64,000 nucleotides of DNA from Podarcis liolepis (taxonomy: Eukaryota): assembly GCA_965112155.1 (NCBI GenBank), contig OZ218106.1. One strand, 5' to 3'. A program made the translations under genes and the position numbers. The first letter of the stretch is position 1, and each line of letters begins with the position of its first letter. Below are positions 46,272 to 57,697 of this stretch, one piece after another. The notes beneath the pieces were generated by a model. It had not been told where the DNA came from. It saw only the letters and a list, made by a program, of their open reading frames with translations, and searched no databases.

Positions 46272-48294
46272 TCCAGCCTGGTTTGCATCAGGCCCTCTGG
46301 AATTTGCATTCTAGTCTCTGTGTAGTGTGCAGGCATGCTCATAGATGTTTACTATGGAAAGAGAGCTATTGGTCACCCGTTGCTTGTATTACAATCCCAA
46401 CTTCACCCAGCATTGGCTTCCCTGCTGTGACATCACAAACTGTTTCCAGACAATAAGGAGGGCTGAGGAGGGAATGTCAGTAATGCAATATTGTGGCTTC
46501 GCAGGGAATACAGAATTTGGCTTGGCTTGGGCTGAGAGGAAACAGCACACAGGCCAACAGATAGGAAGAGTTGGTTGCTTCTAGAAGGTTTGGAGGCAGG
46601 GCTGCTGAGGTTAGAGGGGGCAGCAAAAGAGGAAAGGAGTGAACCTGCACATTGAGTCAAAATACCTTGTCAATGCACAGTTATCTGTTTAATAATGTGG
46701 TCCCCTGCCCTGTCATTAGTTAACCTGCAACAATATGATAAAGATAAGAAAGGCTGATCTGCAGCTTATAACTGAAATCTCATCACAGTCAAATATTACG
46801 TGTACCTAGAAACCAGCGAATAATGTTGTGGCATCCTTCCTACTCGTACAACTGATTTTTAAACAAAGATGACCCAATGGCTTCATATGTATGCAACCGT
46901 CTTCTTGTTGAAGTCAGCCTCAAATCTCCCATTTGGTTTTTAGCAGTGCAGGGTTGTTGCCATAAGACTGATGTGTATTGGACACATACTTCACGACTGC
47001 AATATCAAGTGCATGAATGAATGAACCATCATGGATCTATGTTTTCAAAAGAGCCAGTTCACACATCCAACTGCTGAGAAGCAACAACAAAAAATAATAA
47101 TCAAGTGAGATTTATTGATTGGTTTGGCCATAACTTAATTGAACAGATTGCCAGCCTCCTGGAAGTTGATTCACTGTGTTTCATATGCTGTATTTTATTT
47201 CTTATTTTTATCCACACTACCAACAACAGCAATCTAATTGTCCTTCTGTCTCAGATTAGCTACAAACAGAGACATGCAATCAGCATGATTTGTTGTCGAT
47301 TCAGCTGAATGCTGAGGTAAGGATTTTGCATCCTGTCTTCAGGTGCTGATGCAGCTTAGCAGATCGAGTATCTTTTTCAAACACTCTTCCTGTTTAATAA
47401 CAATGCCAGTTCCTGGTGGAATAATCTGCATGCTGGCGGAATGGTGGGTCATATCCAATGGTAACGTGCACCTTACTGCAAAGGGCTTCCATTAGCACAA
47501 ATCAAGGCACCCAATTTTGGCGGATACTGCATTATATCAAATTGTGTTCCAGAGGAACCCTCAGGAATAACTTGGGGGGGGTGGTAGGGGAATTGATGAA
47601 AAGCAAGCATCCTAACTTGCATAAGTAGAAGCACTATCTGCAAAGGCAAAGCCACCTGATGCAGTAATGGATCTGCTCCAAGGAGCAGGAAGTGTAGCCA
47701 CTATTCCCCCCCCCCCGTAACCACAACAGTGGATTTAATGTTTTGCACTAGTGCAGTGTCCAACCACACACACAAACACACACATGGAAGGGGGGATGCC
47801 CAGCTGAGCCTTTGCAAACTTGATACATACGTGAGAGCCAGAAATCACAGTTGTGGAATGACTATGTCCATTTCCCAGTTCCCAGATTGGAAATACTTGC
47901 CAGAGAATGTGTGAAATCTCACAGTCAGAAACCAGGTGGTAGTTGACCATCTGACTCTCAGTTTTGTGATGAATCTGCTGTCCTCTTTATGCAGGTGCGG
48001 GGATAGAGAGCAGCACCTGCATAGCATGGGGACTGGGATTTTGCAGATCAGCCCCTATTATATTTGATATACATATACTGTACATATAGTAGAGCTGAGC
48101 CAACATTGCCAGATCTTGTGGTTGTTGTTTTTTCCCAGGAAAACAAAAGGCGAGGTGGCAGGGGGAAAGTAAGGTAGCAAAAACACATGGGGGGGCACAT
48201 TTCTGGGGAACAAAATGGAAAACTCTTTAAAAGTTCAGGTTAGGGGCTTACTGTGATGGCAACAGAAGTGGCTTTTTTAATTAAGAATGTGTCA

Positions 48295-48432
48295 GGCAGG
48301 ATAGCCAAATTAGTGCCCTCCAGATGTTGTTGGATTACAACACCCCTCATCCCTGACTGTTGGTCAAACTGGTTGGGGCTGATGAGAGTTGGACGTCTAG
48401 AACATCTGGAGGCATGACATTGGCTGCCCCTG
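48295..48432. mobile_element. Older palindromic hAT-like MITE
   Basis: CCTCCAGATGTT...AACATCTGGAGG fold-back, as at 27993-28128. The TSD has decayed. Confidence 0.65.
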
Positions 48433-48449
48433 ATGTAAACTTTAAATTA

Positions 48450-48618
48450 CCGTATTTTTCGCTCTATAACACGCACCCGACCATAACACGCACGTAGTTT
48501 TTAGAGGAGGAAAATCCGTAGGCATGCCACCCGTAGGCATTCCCTCCATAACACGCACAGACATTTTCCCTTACTTTTTAGGAGGAAAAAAGTGAGTGTT
48601 ATGGTGCAAAAAATATGG
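48450..48618. mobile_element. Tc1/mariner (Tc2/pogo-like) MITE, 169 bp
   Basis: TA|CCGTATTTTTCGC...GCAAAAAATATGG|TA, with an internal ATAACACGCAC repeated three times. Confidence 0.82.
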
Positions 48619-50157
48619 TAGTTTGAACAGGAAAACAAGTCTAATGAATGCATTTTGTCCATATTTCTGACCGCTGAGCAGCCTACATCTTAGAGATGCT
48701 AGGCAGAGAATGACACAAAGTTTCTTGTGTCTCTTGGGTGATTTTGAACCTCAATAGACCTTTGTTGCATTTGATGAATTAAAAAGCAGATTGTTGCATT
48801 GTATTTTGTCCGAGGTCTATTCCCTTGTGTTGTGAGTACTGTAGCTCTTACTGTGATATACTGAATTATTAATAGAATTGTGCAGAGGTAAAAAAATAAA
48901 AAATGCACATAAAAAACAACTATTTTGCCTTTGTTCTTTGCTCTTAACACCAGTGACTTGATATTATTTGCCCAAGCCTTCAGAGTTCTGCAGAAAGAAT
49001 GCTGAATGGTCAGATTCATTAGTCCCAGATGGAAAGTAATTAGGTACAAGTTGAAAGTTATATTCAGCGTATAAATCAACCTGCGGCTACTGCAATACTG
49101 TTCGGGCCACTATTTAAAGCAGGGTATGTGGAGTTCATTCACCACTATGAACTAACAATAGAGAGTCATTCAACATTGAGTTGGCCATAATTTCTCAGAA
49201 AAGAGTTTTGTAATTTAAAAAAAAAATGTTGGAGAATTTCACCTCTCTTGCCTGCTTTTAACTCTAAGGCATACATGGACGATATGATCATATAACTCCC
49301 ACTGTTACATCCAGTTTAGCCCTGATCTAAAAAAAAGGTCTTCATAATCTCATCCTGCCTCAAATGTTCTCCCTCCCAGGGACAAATGTATTCTGTCCTG
49401 CTATCTAACTCCTGCCCGCCTCCAAAATACAATAGAAACAACATTGCAAGCAGTATGAAATATTGGCTGATGGCAACAAATATCAATGTATTACTTAACT
49501 TTCTCATTACAAACACGTCTTTTACATAAAACTGCTTACAGTTACAGATCTTTATTTCCTCTCACATTTTTTTTTGCATTTTAAACCCAGCCCTATTTCA
49601 TGAAAAAGTCATTAATAAATCTAATCTTACAAAAAAGGGGGAGGATGAATTACTTTGTCCACCCGACCTGTTCTCTTTGTTTCCCTTATCTTAGCTTTAC
49701 CTGTTTCCCCCTCCCCTAGCCATTCATCATGCCTTTGTTTGAAATCTAAATTTAACTTTTTGCATTCAATACCTCATCAACACAGCTTGCAACAAATGGT
49801 CTTTTCACACTGAACAATGCAGCTGAATTAAACTTTCCATTTGATCCTAACATGGTTTGCCTTGAATTATAACTGATGATGGTCTTTTTCTTCTGGGAAA
49901 TGAAGCCTCTGTGAGTGACTGTGTGGCATATCCAGACACACTGAATCAAACCAGGGTGTGATTCACGCTGAAGCCCCTTCTCTTGAGGCATCCCTGTACT
50001 GGTATTTTCTGAAAATGTTATGGCTGCTCACAATGTACAAAATACAATTCTGCATCTTCCTTATATATAAAACTGATCTGTGCTACCTGCCAATAGCAGA
50101 GTGCAATAAAAAGTGGGTTGATCTTAAATCACATGGCCTATCACTCAGGTAGCTGTT

Positions 50158-50295
50158 GTGTAGGAAGCTCTCTTATACCAAGTAAGACCGTTGGTCCATC
50201 TAGCTCACTACAGTATTGTCTACACTATCTGGAAGTGGCTTTCCAGAGTTTGAGACATGTATCTTTTCCAGACACTCACCTGTCCATCACCTGGC
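50158..50295 (-). mobile_element. Squam2-like SINE fragment
   Basis: TAGGAAGCT...GACCGTTGGTCCATCTAGCTCA...GTATTGTCTACACT. Confidence 0.6.
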
Positions 50296-50613
50296 ATCAT
50301 GACGATGTCAGAGGACAACAGCGCCTTTGAAAAGTGTTTTGGCGGGGTAAGTGGGTGTGGCTTGGGGGAAATGGCCTCATGGGCCAAATTAAGACTCTTG
50401 CTGGGCCTATTTGGGCCCATGGGCTAGAGGTTCTCCACCTCTGGCCTGGGGGCAGCAAACACAGAGCTGATAAAAGTTGGGGAGGCGGCTATGGATAGCT
50501 ATAATGGGTGCTACAGTCCCCTAACTTCTAAATAGCTTACAGGTCTTTCCTTGAGCCTTTGCCCTAGTCATTATTATGACATATTGGATTTGATCATTGT
50601 TAGCTGCCATGAA

Positions 50614-50960
50614 GGGACACGGGTGGCGCTGTGGTTAAACCACGGAGCCTAGGGCTTGCCGATCAGAAGGTTGGAGGTTCGAATCCCTGCGACGGGGTGA
50701 GCTCCCATTGCTCGGTCCCTGCTCCTGCCCACCTAGCAGTTCAAAAGCACATCAAAGTGCAAGTAGATAAATAGGTACCGCTCTGGCAGGAAGGTAAATG
50801 GCGTTTCCGCGCGTTGCTCTGGTTCACTAGAAGCGGCTTAGTCAGGCTGGCCACATGACCCGGAAGCTGTACGCCGGCTCCCTCGGCCAATAAAGTGAGA
50901 TGAGCACCACAACCCCAGAGTCGGCCACGACTGGACCTAATGGTCAGGGGTCCCTTTACC
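50614..50960 (+). mobile_element. Full-length Sauria SINE (short form, POM-like)
   Basis: GGGACACGGGTGGCGCTGTGG head, B-box GGTTCGAATCC and 3' CCCTTTACC. 13-bp TSD TAGCTGCCATGAA. Confidence 0.95.
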
Positions 50961-52800
50961 TAGCTGCCATGAAAGTGACAGTGGGAAAAGGAAGTATCTG
51001 TGGGATTGAGTGTGGGTATGTATGAACATTTTTAAGGACTGTATGAAATGTATGTTTGTAATCTTAAAAAAAAGAAAGAAAGTGACAGCCAGTCATGCCT
51101 CTTCCCAGCACTGCTACCCATCCACACACCTGCTTCTTCACACAGCAGAGGCATCACAGAGATTCGCCATAACTTTCCTATTCCTGCTGTCAGTTCAAAC
51201 TGAGGAAACAGCAATGCTGGCATTTCTGAGGAGGGTGGAAGGAGACTCTCCATGACTGGCAGGTCCATTTCATATATATTTATAAAATGTTGATGCTTAA
51301 TTTTTAAAAATCATTTTAATTCCAGTATAACCTTTTGTTGACTTGGGATCCTTGCACCTAGTTCTGTCTCGGCTGCTTGACAGGCACAGAAACTTGCATG
51401 ACAGGATGGATCATTAAAAAACACACACATTTCACATACAATGCATTTTATACCCTGCAATTTAAACCAAACTGAACAATTATATCAGTTTTGCAAGTCT
51501 CAGCTCTGTGCCACCATGGCCACCTGCTATTCTGAGCCTACGGTAGTTTTCCACCCTCATTTATTTGATGAATGCCGTCTTTAAGAATTTAAGGCCTTGT
51601 TAACCTTTCACAAGTTTGTCTTTCCACAATAAAAGACGTCTTAAAAACCAAACTGGCTTCGTCTGCAACTAGAACACGGGGAAGCTGTGCCCTGGCTGGG
51701 ACAGAAGCAGGCCATTCACATATTTCCTGTCTGATTTATTCCAGTTTTTAAATACCTCTTAAATAACCCTCCTGATTTTCTTCTATGCTCACCTTGGGAC
51801 AGTTTGCTTAGTCTGAAATTGAATAAAGGAAAACAAAAGCAAGCTGAACTCCATTAAGAAAGGAACTCCAGTAAACCTCATCAGGGAATGAGTATTTCAC
51901 TTGCGAGCCACCAGTCTTTTGACAGCCTCTCCACACCAGGGACTGTTTAGCACTCCAAAGGCTGAGTGCATCTTCTATTTCCCAATAGCAATCCAAACAA
52001 AAGTGTATTAGTTAGAGATGGAAAAGGCTTATTAGACTGGTTGAGTTCATCCTTTTGCAGTAGCCCACAGAGGAATGTATCTAATATTAGACTGATATTT
52101 CAGATGATGATAGCAAAGAGGACAGGTAGCCCAAAACTACGTGTGAAGACAGGGAAATTAAGGCTTTGGAAGTGGATGTAGATGAAGCCCATATTGAAGT
52201 GGGATAGGAAGGGAAAGCTTTTATTTCTCAGGTGCAGGAAAGAATTTGTTCACTCAAGTTATACTGCCTACCAAGCAAAAAAGACACACATATATAATCT
52301 ATAACTAAGACTTCTGTTCACTCCAGTAGTGCAATTCAGTTGTGACATCTCCAGGGTCTACACTTCCCAAGGAAAAACTCCTTACATTTATACCCCCTGT
52401 ACCCTTCCAACAAAAGTAAGACTGAGTTTGTGGGAGTTAAACTGTTTAGCAACCGAATATCATATAATCTGGAACTATCGAGTTATCATAACTTTCCGAA
52501 ACCGCAGTCAGAGATTTGGCTACAAATGTGAAAAAGGGGGAAATGTGACCAACTCGGGCTACACAATACACAGAGCTATGTGCTGGGAGAATTCATATTC
52601 AGCACATGTCATATTGTAACAGCTTGCTTTAAATTCAGGGTGAGGAACCTGCTTCCAGGGGCCACAAGCGGCCTTTAGGCTAATTTTACGTGCCCCTCTG
52701 CAAATGATCAATTCAGATCTGTGTTAATGGAAGAGGGAAATGGGGGAGGGAGTTGAAACAGATGGAGATATGGAGGGGAGGAAGAACAAAGAAAGAAGTA

Positions 52801-52841
52801 CAGTGGTACCTCGGGTTAAGTACTTAATTCATTCCGGAGGT
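52801..52841 (-). mobile_element. Isolated terminal ~41 bp of a family A MITE
   Basis: TA|CAGTGGTACCTCGGGTTAAGTACTTAATTCATTCCGGAGGT, then unrelated sequence. Confidence 0.85.
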
Positions 52842-52957
52842 TCCTGCAGGTTCACAGCAATCCAGAGATTCAGTGAGATGAAGGAGTTTATTATTAAATA
52901 ATTAAATAATAATTATTATTTAATAAAATTATTAAATAATGTTTGTATGTCAATCTA

Positions 52958-53193
52958 CAGTGGTACCTCGGGTTAAGAACTTAATTCGTTCTGGAGGTCC
53001 GCTCTTAACCTGAAACTCTTTCTTAACCTGAGGTACCACTTCAGCTAATGGGGCCTCCTGCTGCTGCCGCGCCGCCGGAGCACGATTTCTGTTCTCATCC
53101 TGAAGCAAAGTTCTTAACCCGAGGTAATATTTCTGGGTTAGCGGAGTCTGTAACCTGAAGCATCTGAAGCGTATGTAACCTGAGGTACCACTG
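52958..53193 (-). mobile_element. Tigger-like MITE family A
   Basis: TA|CAGTGGTACCTC...GAGGTACCACTG|TA. Confidence 0.92.
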
Positions 53194-54554
53194 TATGGGG
53201 TTATGTAATCCTGCTATGCTGCATACTCCACCCATTTCTTTCTCTTGCACCACCAACTTTTGGTTCTGACTCTGCCCGCGTTTGACTCCTCAGACTTAAT
53301 TTGTTCTGTGGCAATCTACTATATAATGTTGAATGTTGTCTGTTTGCTATGCTTCTGGACACTTCTTAAGATATTGTAACTTTGCAGGTTGGTTCCTGTG
53401 ATCAAGAAGCAGTTGTTTGTTTAAGATTGAACGCAATTGGATGCCATTTTGAATCAAGATGGCGAACATAACCTTTGAAAACAGCTCTGGTTTTTCAGTT
53501 TTTTAAGAATTCCGGAGCAATGCTGGGTATGAGGCTGCTGGTTTATTAGAAATGGCAATTAATACAAACAGAGTTGCTAAGCATGCTAAATTATACCCTC
53601 TCTTTCTTGCCTAGCCTTCTTTCTCCCTGATCAGAGGTGCCAGTAAGGAAGATGAGGGAAATGAAACATAGGACCATCTTACACAGAGTCAGACCATTGG
53701 CCCAACTAGCTCAGTATTGTTTTCTCTGGCTGACAGTGGCTCCTTAGAATTCTACACAGGAGCAAATAAGGTAAATTCATTGTCCATGGGTCTACTAATG
53801 TATTGTTTTTATGCATTTTATTTCATAAAATTTATATACAGCTTGATTGCAGAAAGCCTTGAAACTTATCAGCACTGGGCCATAGGAAGCTGAATCTCAG
53901 AAGGACTGAGAGAGGAGCTAGATAAAGTAGTTGCAGGCATAACATCAAACCCCAATTTGCAGCATGACCCATGTTTCTTATTAGCTTAGTGGTGTGCTAC
54001 GCATTCTTGGTACAATTTTCTATATTCCCTGTAGCATGCAGAGCAGAGAGTGCAACTCAGAAGGTGGGAAATGACCAGGGATTTCTTTCCATTCACATTT
54101 TTATGCGAACACTCCTGAATTGCACTTCAGGAACCAATCCGAAACACAGCCTCCTTTCAAAATTCGTACTTGTCTGAATTTTGCAATGCAGGTCACCCAA
54201 CCCCAAAATGCATCAATGTGCACAGAAATGTGTATATTGTTGAAAGTGAGGTGCAAAAATGTCATTAAGTTATTGCAAATTTTAACAATCGAGACAGAAT
54301 GCTTAATGTAAGGTAAAAGAGGTTAGATTGCTATCAAACCAGTGACCACAAATTATTAGGACTTGTACCTGCCTGCAAAGGTCTTTGCAAAATCAGAGGA
54401 TGTAATTACCCCTTTTTCTTAATATAAACAATGAAGGGGTACCAGGTAATGGAGAAAGATTTCCACATTTTGACTCCTCTGGCCTGTCTATTGCACACCG
54501 TCGGTGTCTCCACCACAACTAATCCCCAGATTCTGCTCCCCCAACCCTTAAGAG

Positions 54555-54680
54555 CAAACTCCGGCCCTCCAGATGTTTGGGACTACAATTCCCATCATCC
54601 CTGACCACTGGTCCTGTTAGCTAGGGATGATGGGAATTGAAGTCCCAAACATCTGGAGGGACGGATTTTGCCTATGCCTG
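54555..54680. mobile_element. Palindromic hAT MITE with a partly deleted left TIR
   Basis: 8-bp TSD CTTAAGAG (54547-54554, 54681-54688). The right TIR is TTGCCTATGCCTG; the left starts CAAACT and lacks CAGGCATAGG. Confidence 0.85.
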
Positions 54681-56181
54681 CTTAAGAGCACAATGCATGT
54701 GGCATCTCCAGTGCTGAGCAACTCCCGTATGTGCAGCTGCAAGTAAGAAAATGATTATCTCTTTATATAACTCATTCTGCACTGGGTCAGGAAATATTGA
54801 CAATAGCGTTAGTCCAGGGTCCACAAGAATCAGTTGTTGCACTATAGCGGAGACATCTCTGCTTCACCTCCTTGACATCCATGCGAATGGAAGGAGTTTT
54901 CGTAATAACTAACTGTGTGTAAACAAAATCCAAACTGCATCCCTAAACTATATCTAGTTCAATATTTGGGAGAGGAAAATGAGAGTGAAATTATCTTTCC
55001 TGCACTGCTCACATTAGACCAAATAGGAAAGCAAATTGCAAGCTATAGATGGAGACACTCTGAAAGAGAGGCGGAGAGAGATCAGGATAGACTGGCTGTT
55101 GACCAGAAACTGAGCATCTGCTGCTACTATTATCTGTGTTCATTTGCAGTCTACATTTTTAATGCTTATCAATTTTTTAACTTTATTCCCGTCCCTTTTT
55201 TCCTGCCTGCTGTTGTAAGCTTCATAAAAGATGGAAGAGCTGGAGAGGATTAATATTCTTTGAATTACATTCGGCAGCGGAGTCACGGCTGTGTCAGTTT
55301 CTCAAATCTAGCAAGATATTTACCTTCCTCACACTATTTTTCCTCTCCCCACTGCTCGAAGTCTTGCATGTAGACACTGTGTTGAATATTTAACGTGAAG
55401 AATTTTCTGATAACTCAAACATCATTATGCTTCTCTGAGCCACACACTACATGACATTTGAGTTCTTGCTTTAATTTACATCCTTTTCCCCAGGATTTCT
55501 GGAGTTTTATTGAAGGGAAACCTTTCATGCCCTGCAACACAATACCTGGGTGATTGCATCAACTACTCTAGTCCATATCAGACTGACGAAAACTCCGGTT
55601 TCTATCCTGTTTTGTGTGTACATGGGTGTGTTTTGATAGAGCAGCAGGGAGATGGGGTTTTTTATACATGAAGGTTGGTAGTCACTGACTTTTGTAGACT
55701 GAGCACAGTGATTGCAGCACCAGCATATTTTAAAAGATGGAAATTATTTAGAGCCTAACGACTACACATAACTTTTAATGTGTTGCTTGAAGCAATGGTT
55801 GGGGTTTTTAAAAAAATGCACAGAGCGCATCCCTGAGTCAGATCGGAACAACAATGCATGGAGGCAGGATATTTATAAACCTTCCCTTAATTTGGGAGTG
55901 CCAGGAACATGAACGAAAATATAGGAAGCTGTCTTAAATTAAGTCAGATCATTGTAGTGAATGTTCACCTTGTAGTGAGTCTGGCCTGTCTCTTAAGAGA
56001 CACGCCGGATCTGTAACAAATACTCCCCTCTTCTTCCTGGCTGTGGCCCCCTCCATAGTACAGTGGGAACAGGCTAGAACCTATGTAGCAAGTCCTGTTT
56101 GCTTTGCTGAGCTGCTGAGCTGCTGCTCACAAATAAATACAGCTGTCGATGTTTTCCTGACTCCTGCTGCTTCCTGGTATT

Positions 56182-56434
56182 AGAAGAGAAGAAGAAGAGT
56201 TTGGATTTGATATCCCGCTTTATCACTACCCGAAGGAGTCTCAAAGCGGCTAACATTCTCCTTTCCCTTCCTCCTCCACAACAAACACTCTGTGAGGTGA
56301 GTGAGGCTAAGAGACTTCAGAGAAGTGTGACTAGCCCAAGGTCACCCAGCAGCTGCAAGTGGAGGAGCGGGGAAGCGAACCCGGTTCCCCAGATTACGAG
56401 TCTACTGCTCTTAACCACTACACCACACTGGCTC
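56182..56434 (-). mobile_element. Squam3-like tRNA SINE
   Basis: Reverse complement of 22122-22365. Confidence 0.9.
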
Positions 56435-56499
56435 TCTATTAAGGTGGTCTACCTCTCTCAAGGTAGACACACTGCAAGGTTTGTTCACACAGTGCGTAC

Positions 56500-56672
56500 C
56501 TTCCCTAAGCCCAAGGAATACTACACACCAAGCTCAGTATCATGTATGCACACTGGCAGTGGCTTTCCATGGTTTTGGGCAGGGGACATTTACAGCACTA
56601 CCTGGAGATGATGAAGAGTGAACCTGGGACTTTTTGCCTGAAAAGTAGTTGCTCTGCCACTGAGCTACAGCC
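56500..56672 (-). mobile_element. Squam2-like tRNA SINE (degraded)
   Basis: GAACCTGGGAC...GCTCTGCCACTGAGCTACAGCCC is a reverse tRNA-like head. Confidence 0.6.
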
Positions 56673-56760
56673 CTTCTGCATCGTAATGCTTAATAGATTG
56701 CAGCCTGATCCCTTTAACATCCCATTGGAACATAGGAAGCTGCCCTTGATTCATCTAGCT

Positions 56761-56888
56761 CAGGGTTTCCCAAACTTGGGGCTCCAGCTGTTTTTGGATG
56801 ACAATTCCCATCATTCCTAGCTAGCTAGCCAGGGATGATGGGAAATGTAGTCCATAAACAGCTGGACACCCAGGTATGGGAAATCCTG
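56761..56888. mobile_element. Palindromic hAT-like MITE
   Basis: CAGGGTTTCCCA...TGGGAAATCCTG, internal CCCATCAT/ATGATGGG fold-back. Confidence 0.75.
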
Positions 56889-56964
56889 ACTGAGCTCATG
56901 ATTTGTGAAGCTGGGAAGTGTTATTTGGGTGTGGTAAAGGTGTGGTAGGACATTTTTGTACAGT

Positions 56965-57513
56965 TGTATCCTACCATCCAGGAGAAGGAAAACTCTGACC
57001 CTAAACATCTGCTGCTTTGCAAGATGTCTTCAGGAGAAAAAAAGGTTAAGGAGTGAACCCTACACAAACCCAGAGCCGAGTCCCTAAGTCGGTGAGATTG
57101 CACCTTGTATGCCTCTTTCTGGCAACTCCTGGAGCCAAGTTGGTGCCAAACGTATTGCCATAGCTGTTAACCTTCCCTTTTTTTGCGGGAAATTCCCTTA
57201 TTCCAACGCCGTTTCCCGCTGCTTCCCACTCCTATCCCGGATTGTTAGATATCCCGTAGACTGTCCCTGGGACAGGTGAGGCTGCTGGTCCCTTATTTTC
57301 GAGGCTGCTGATCCCTTTTTTTCAAATCTGAAAGTTGACAGCTATGCGTATTGCTCTGCTTTTCTTTGGACCATATCAGCCAGGCTGATATGCACACCTC
57401 CCAGGCTTGCGCCCTGGGGAGATCACATCAGTGCTACTAATGCAGCAGTTTGACTTCACCCCTGGGTGCACTCCATAGTCTCTCAAGACTGATGGATGCC
57501 AACAACAACAACA
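56965..57513 (+). mobile_element. Probable non-autonomous RTE-related retroelement with (CAA)n tail
   Basis: GGAGAAGGAAAACTCTGA motif near the 5' end. The 3' end TTTGACTTCACCCC...CTCCAT.GTCTCT...GATGCCAAC is shared with ~37747-37805. Confidence 0.45.
57159..57346. mobile_element. hAT MITE (188 bp), CATAGCTGTCAA TIR family
   Basis: CATAGCTGTTAA...TTGACAGCTATG with an 8-bp TSD CGTATTGC. Confidence 0.9.
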
Positions 57514-57539
57514 TCCTACTTTAGATACTTGGAGTACAT

Positions 57540-57697
57540 GGTTCTCTCCCAACTTTAATCTCACAGCAACCCTGTGAGGCAAGCTAGACAAAGATAACTG
57601 ACCTAAGGTGACCTAGTGAGCTTCATGGCAGAGTGCAGCTGCAAACCCTGGTCTCACAGATACTAGTCCAACACTCTAACCATTACACCACACTGAT
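57540..57697 (-). mobile_element. Old MIR/Squam3-like SINE
   Basis: CTCACAGCAACCCTGTGAGG...ACTCTAACCATTACACCACACTG. Confidence 0.6.

Noticed and set aside
4139-53193. CRISPR-like or regularly spaced repeat array formed by CAGTGGTACCTC repeats
   Set aside because: The repeats are inverted termini of dispersed TA-flanked MITEs in eukaryotic DNA, with no regular spacers and no cas genes.
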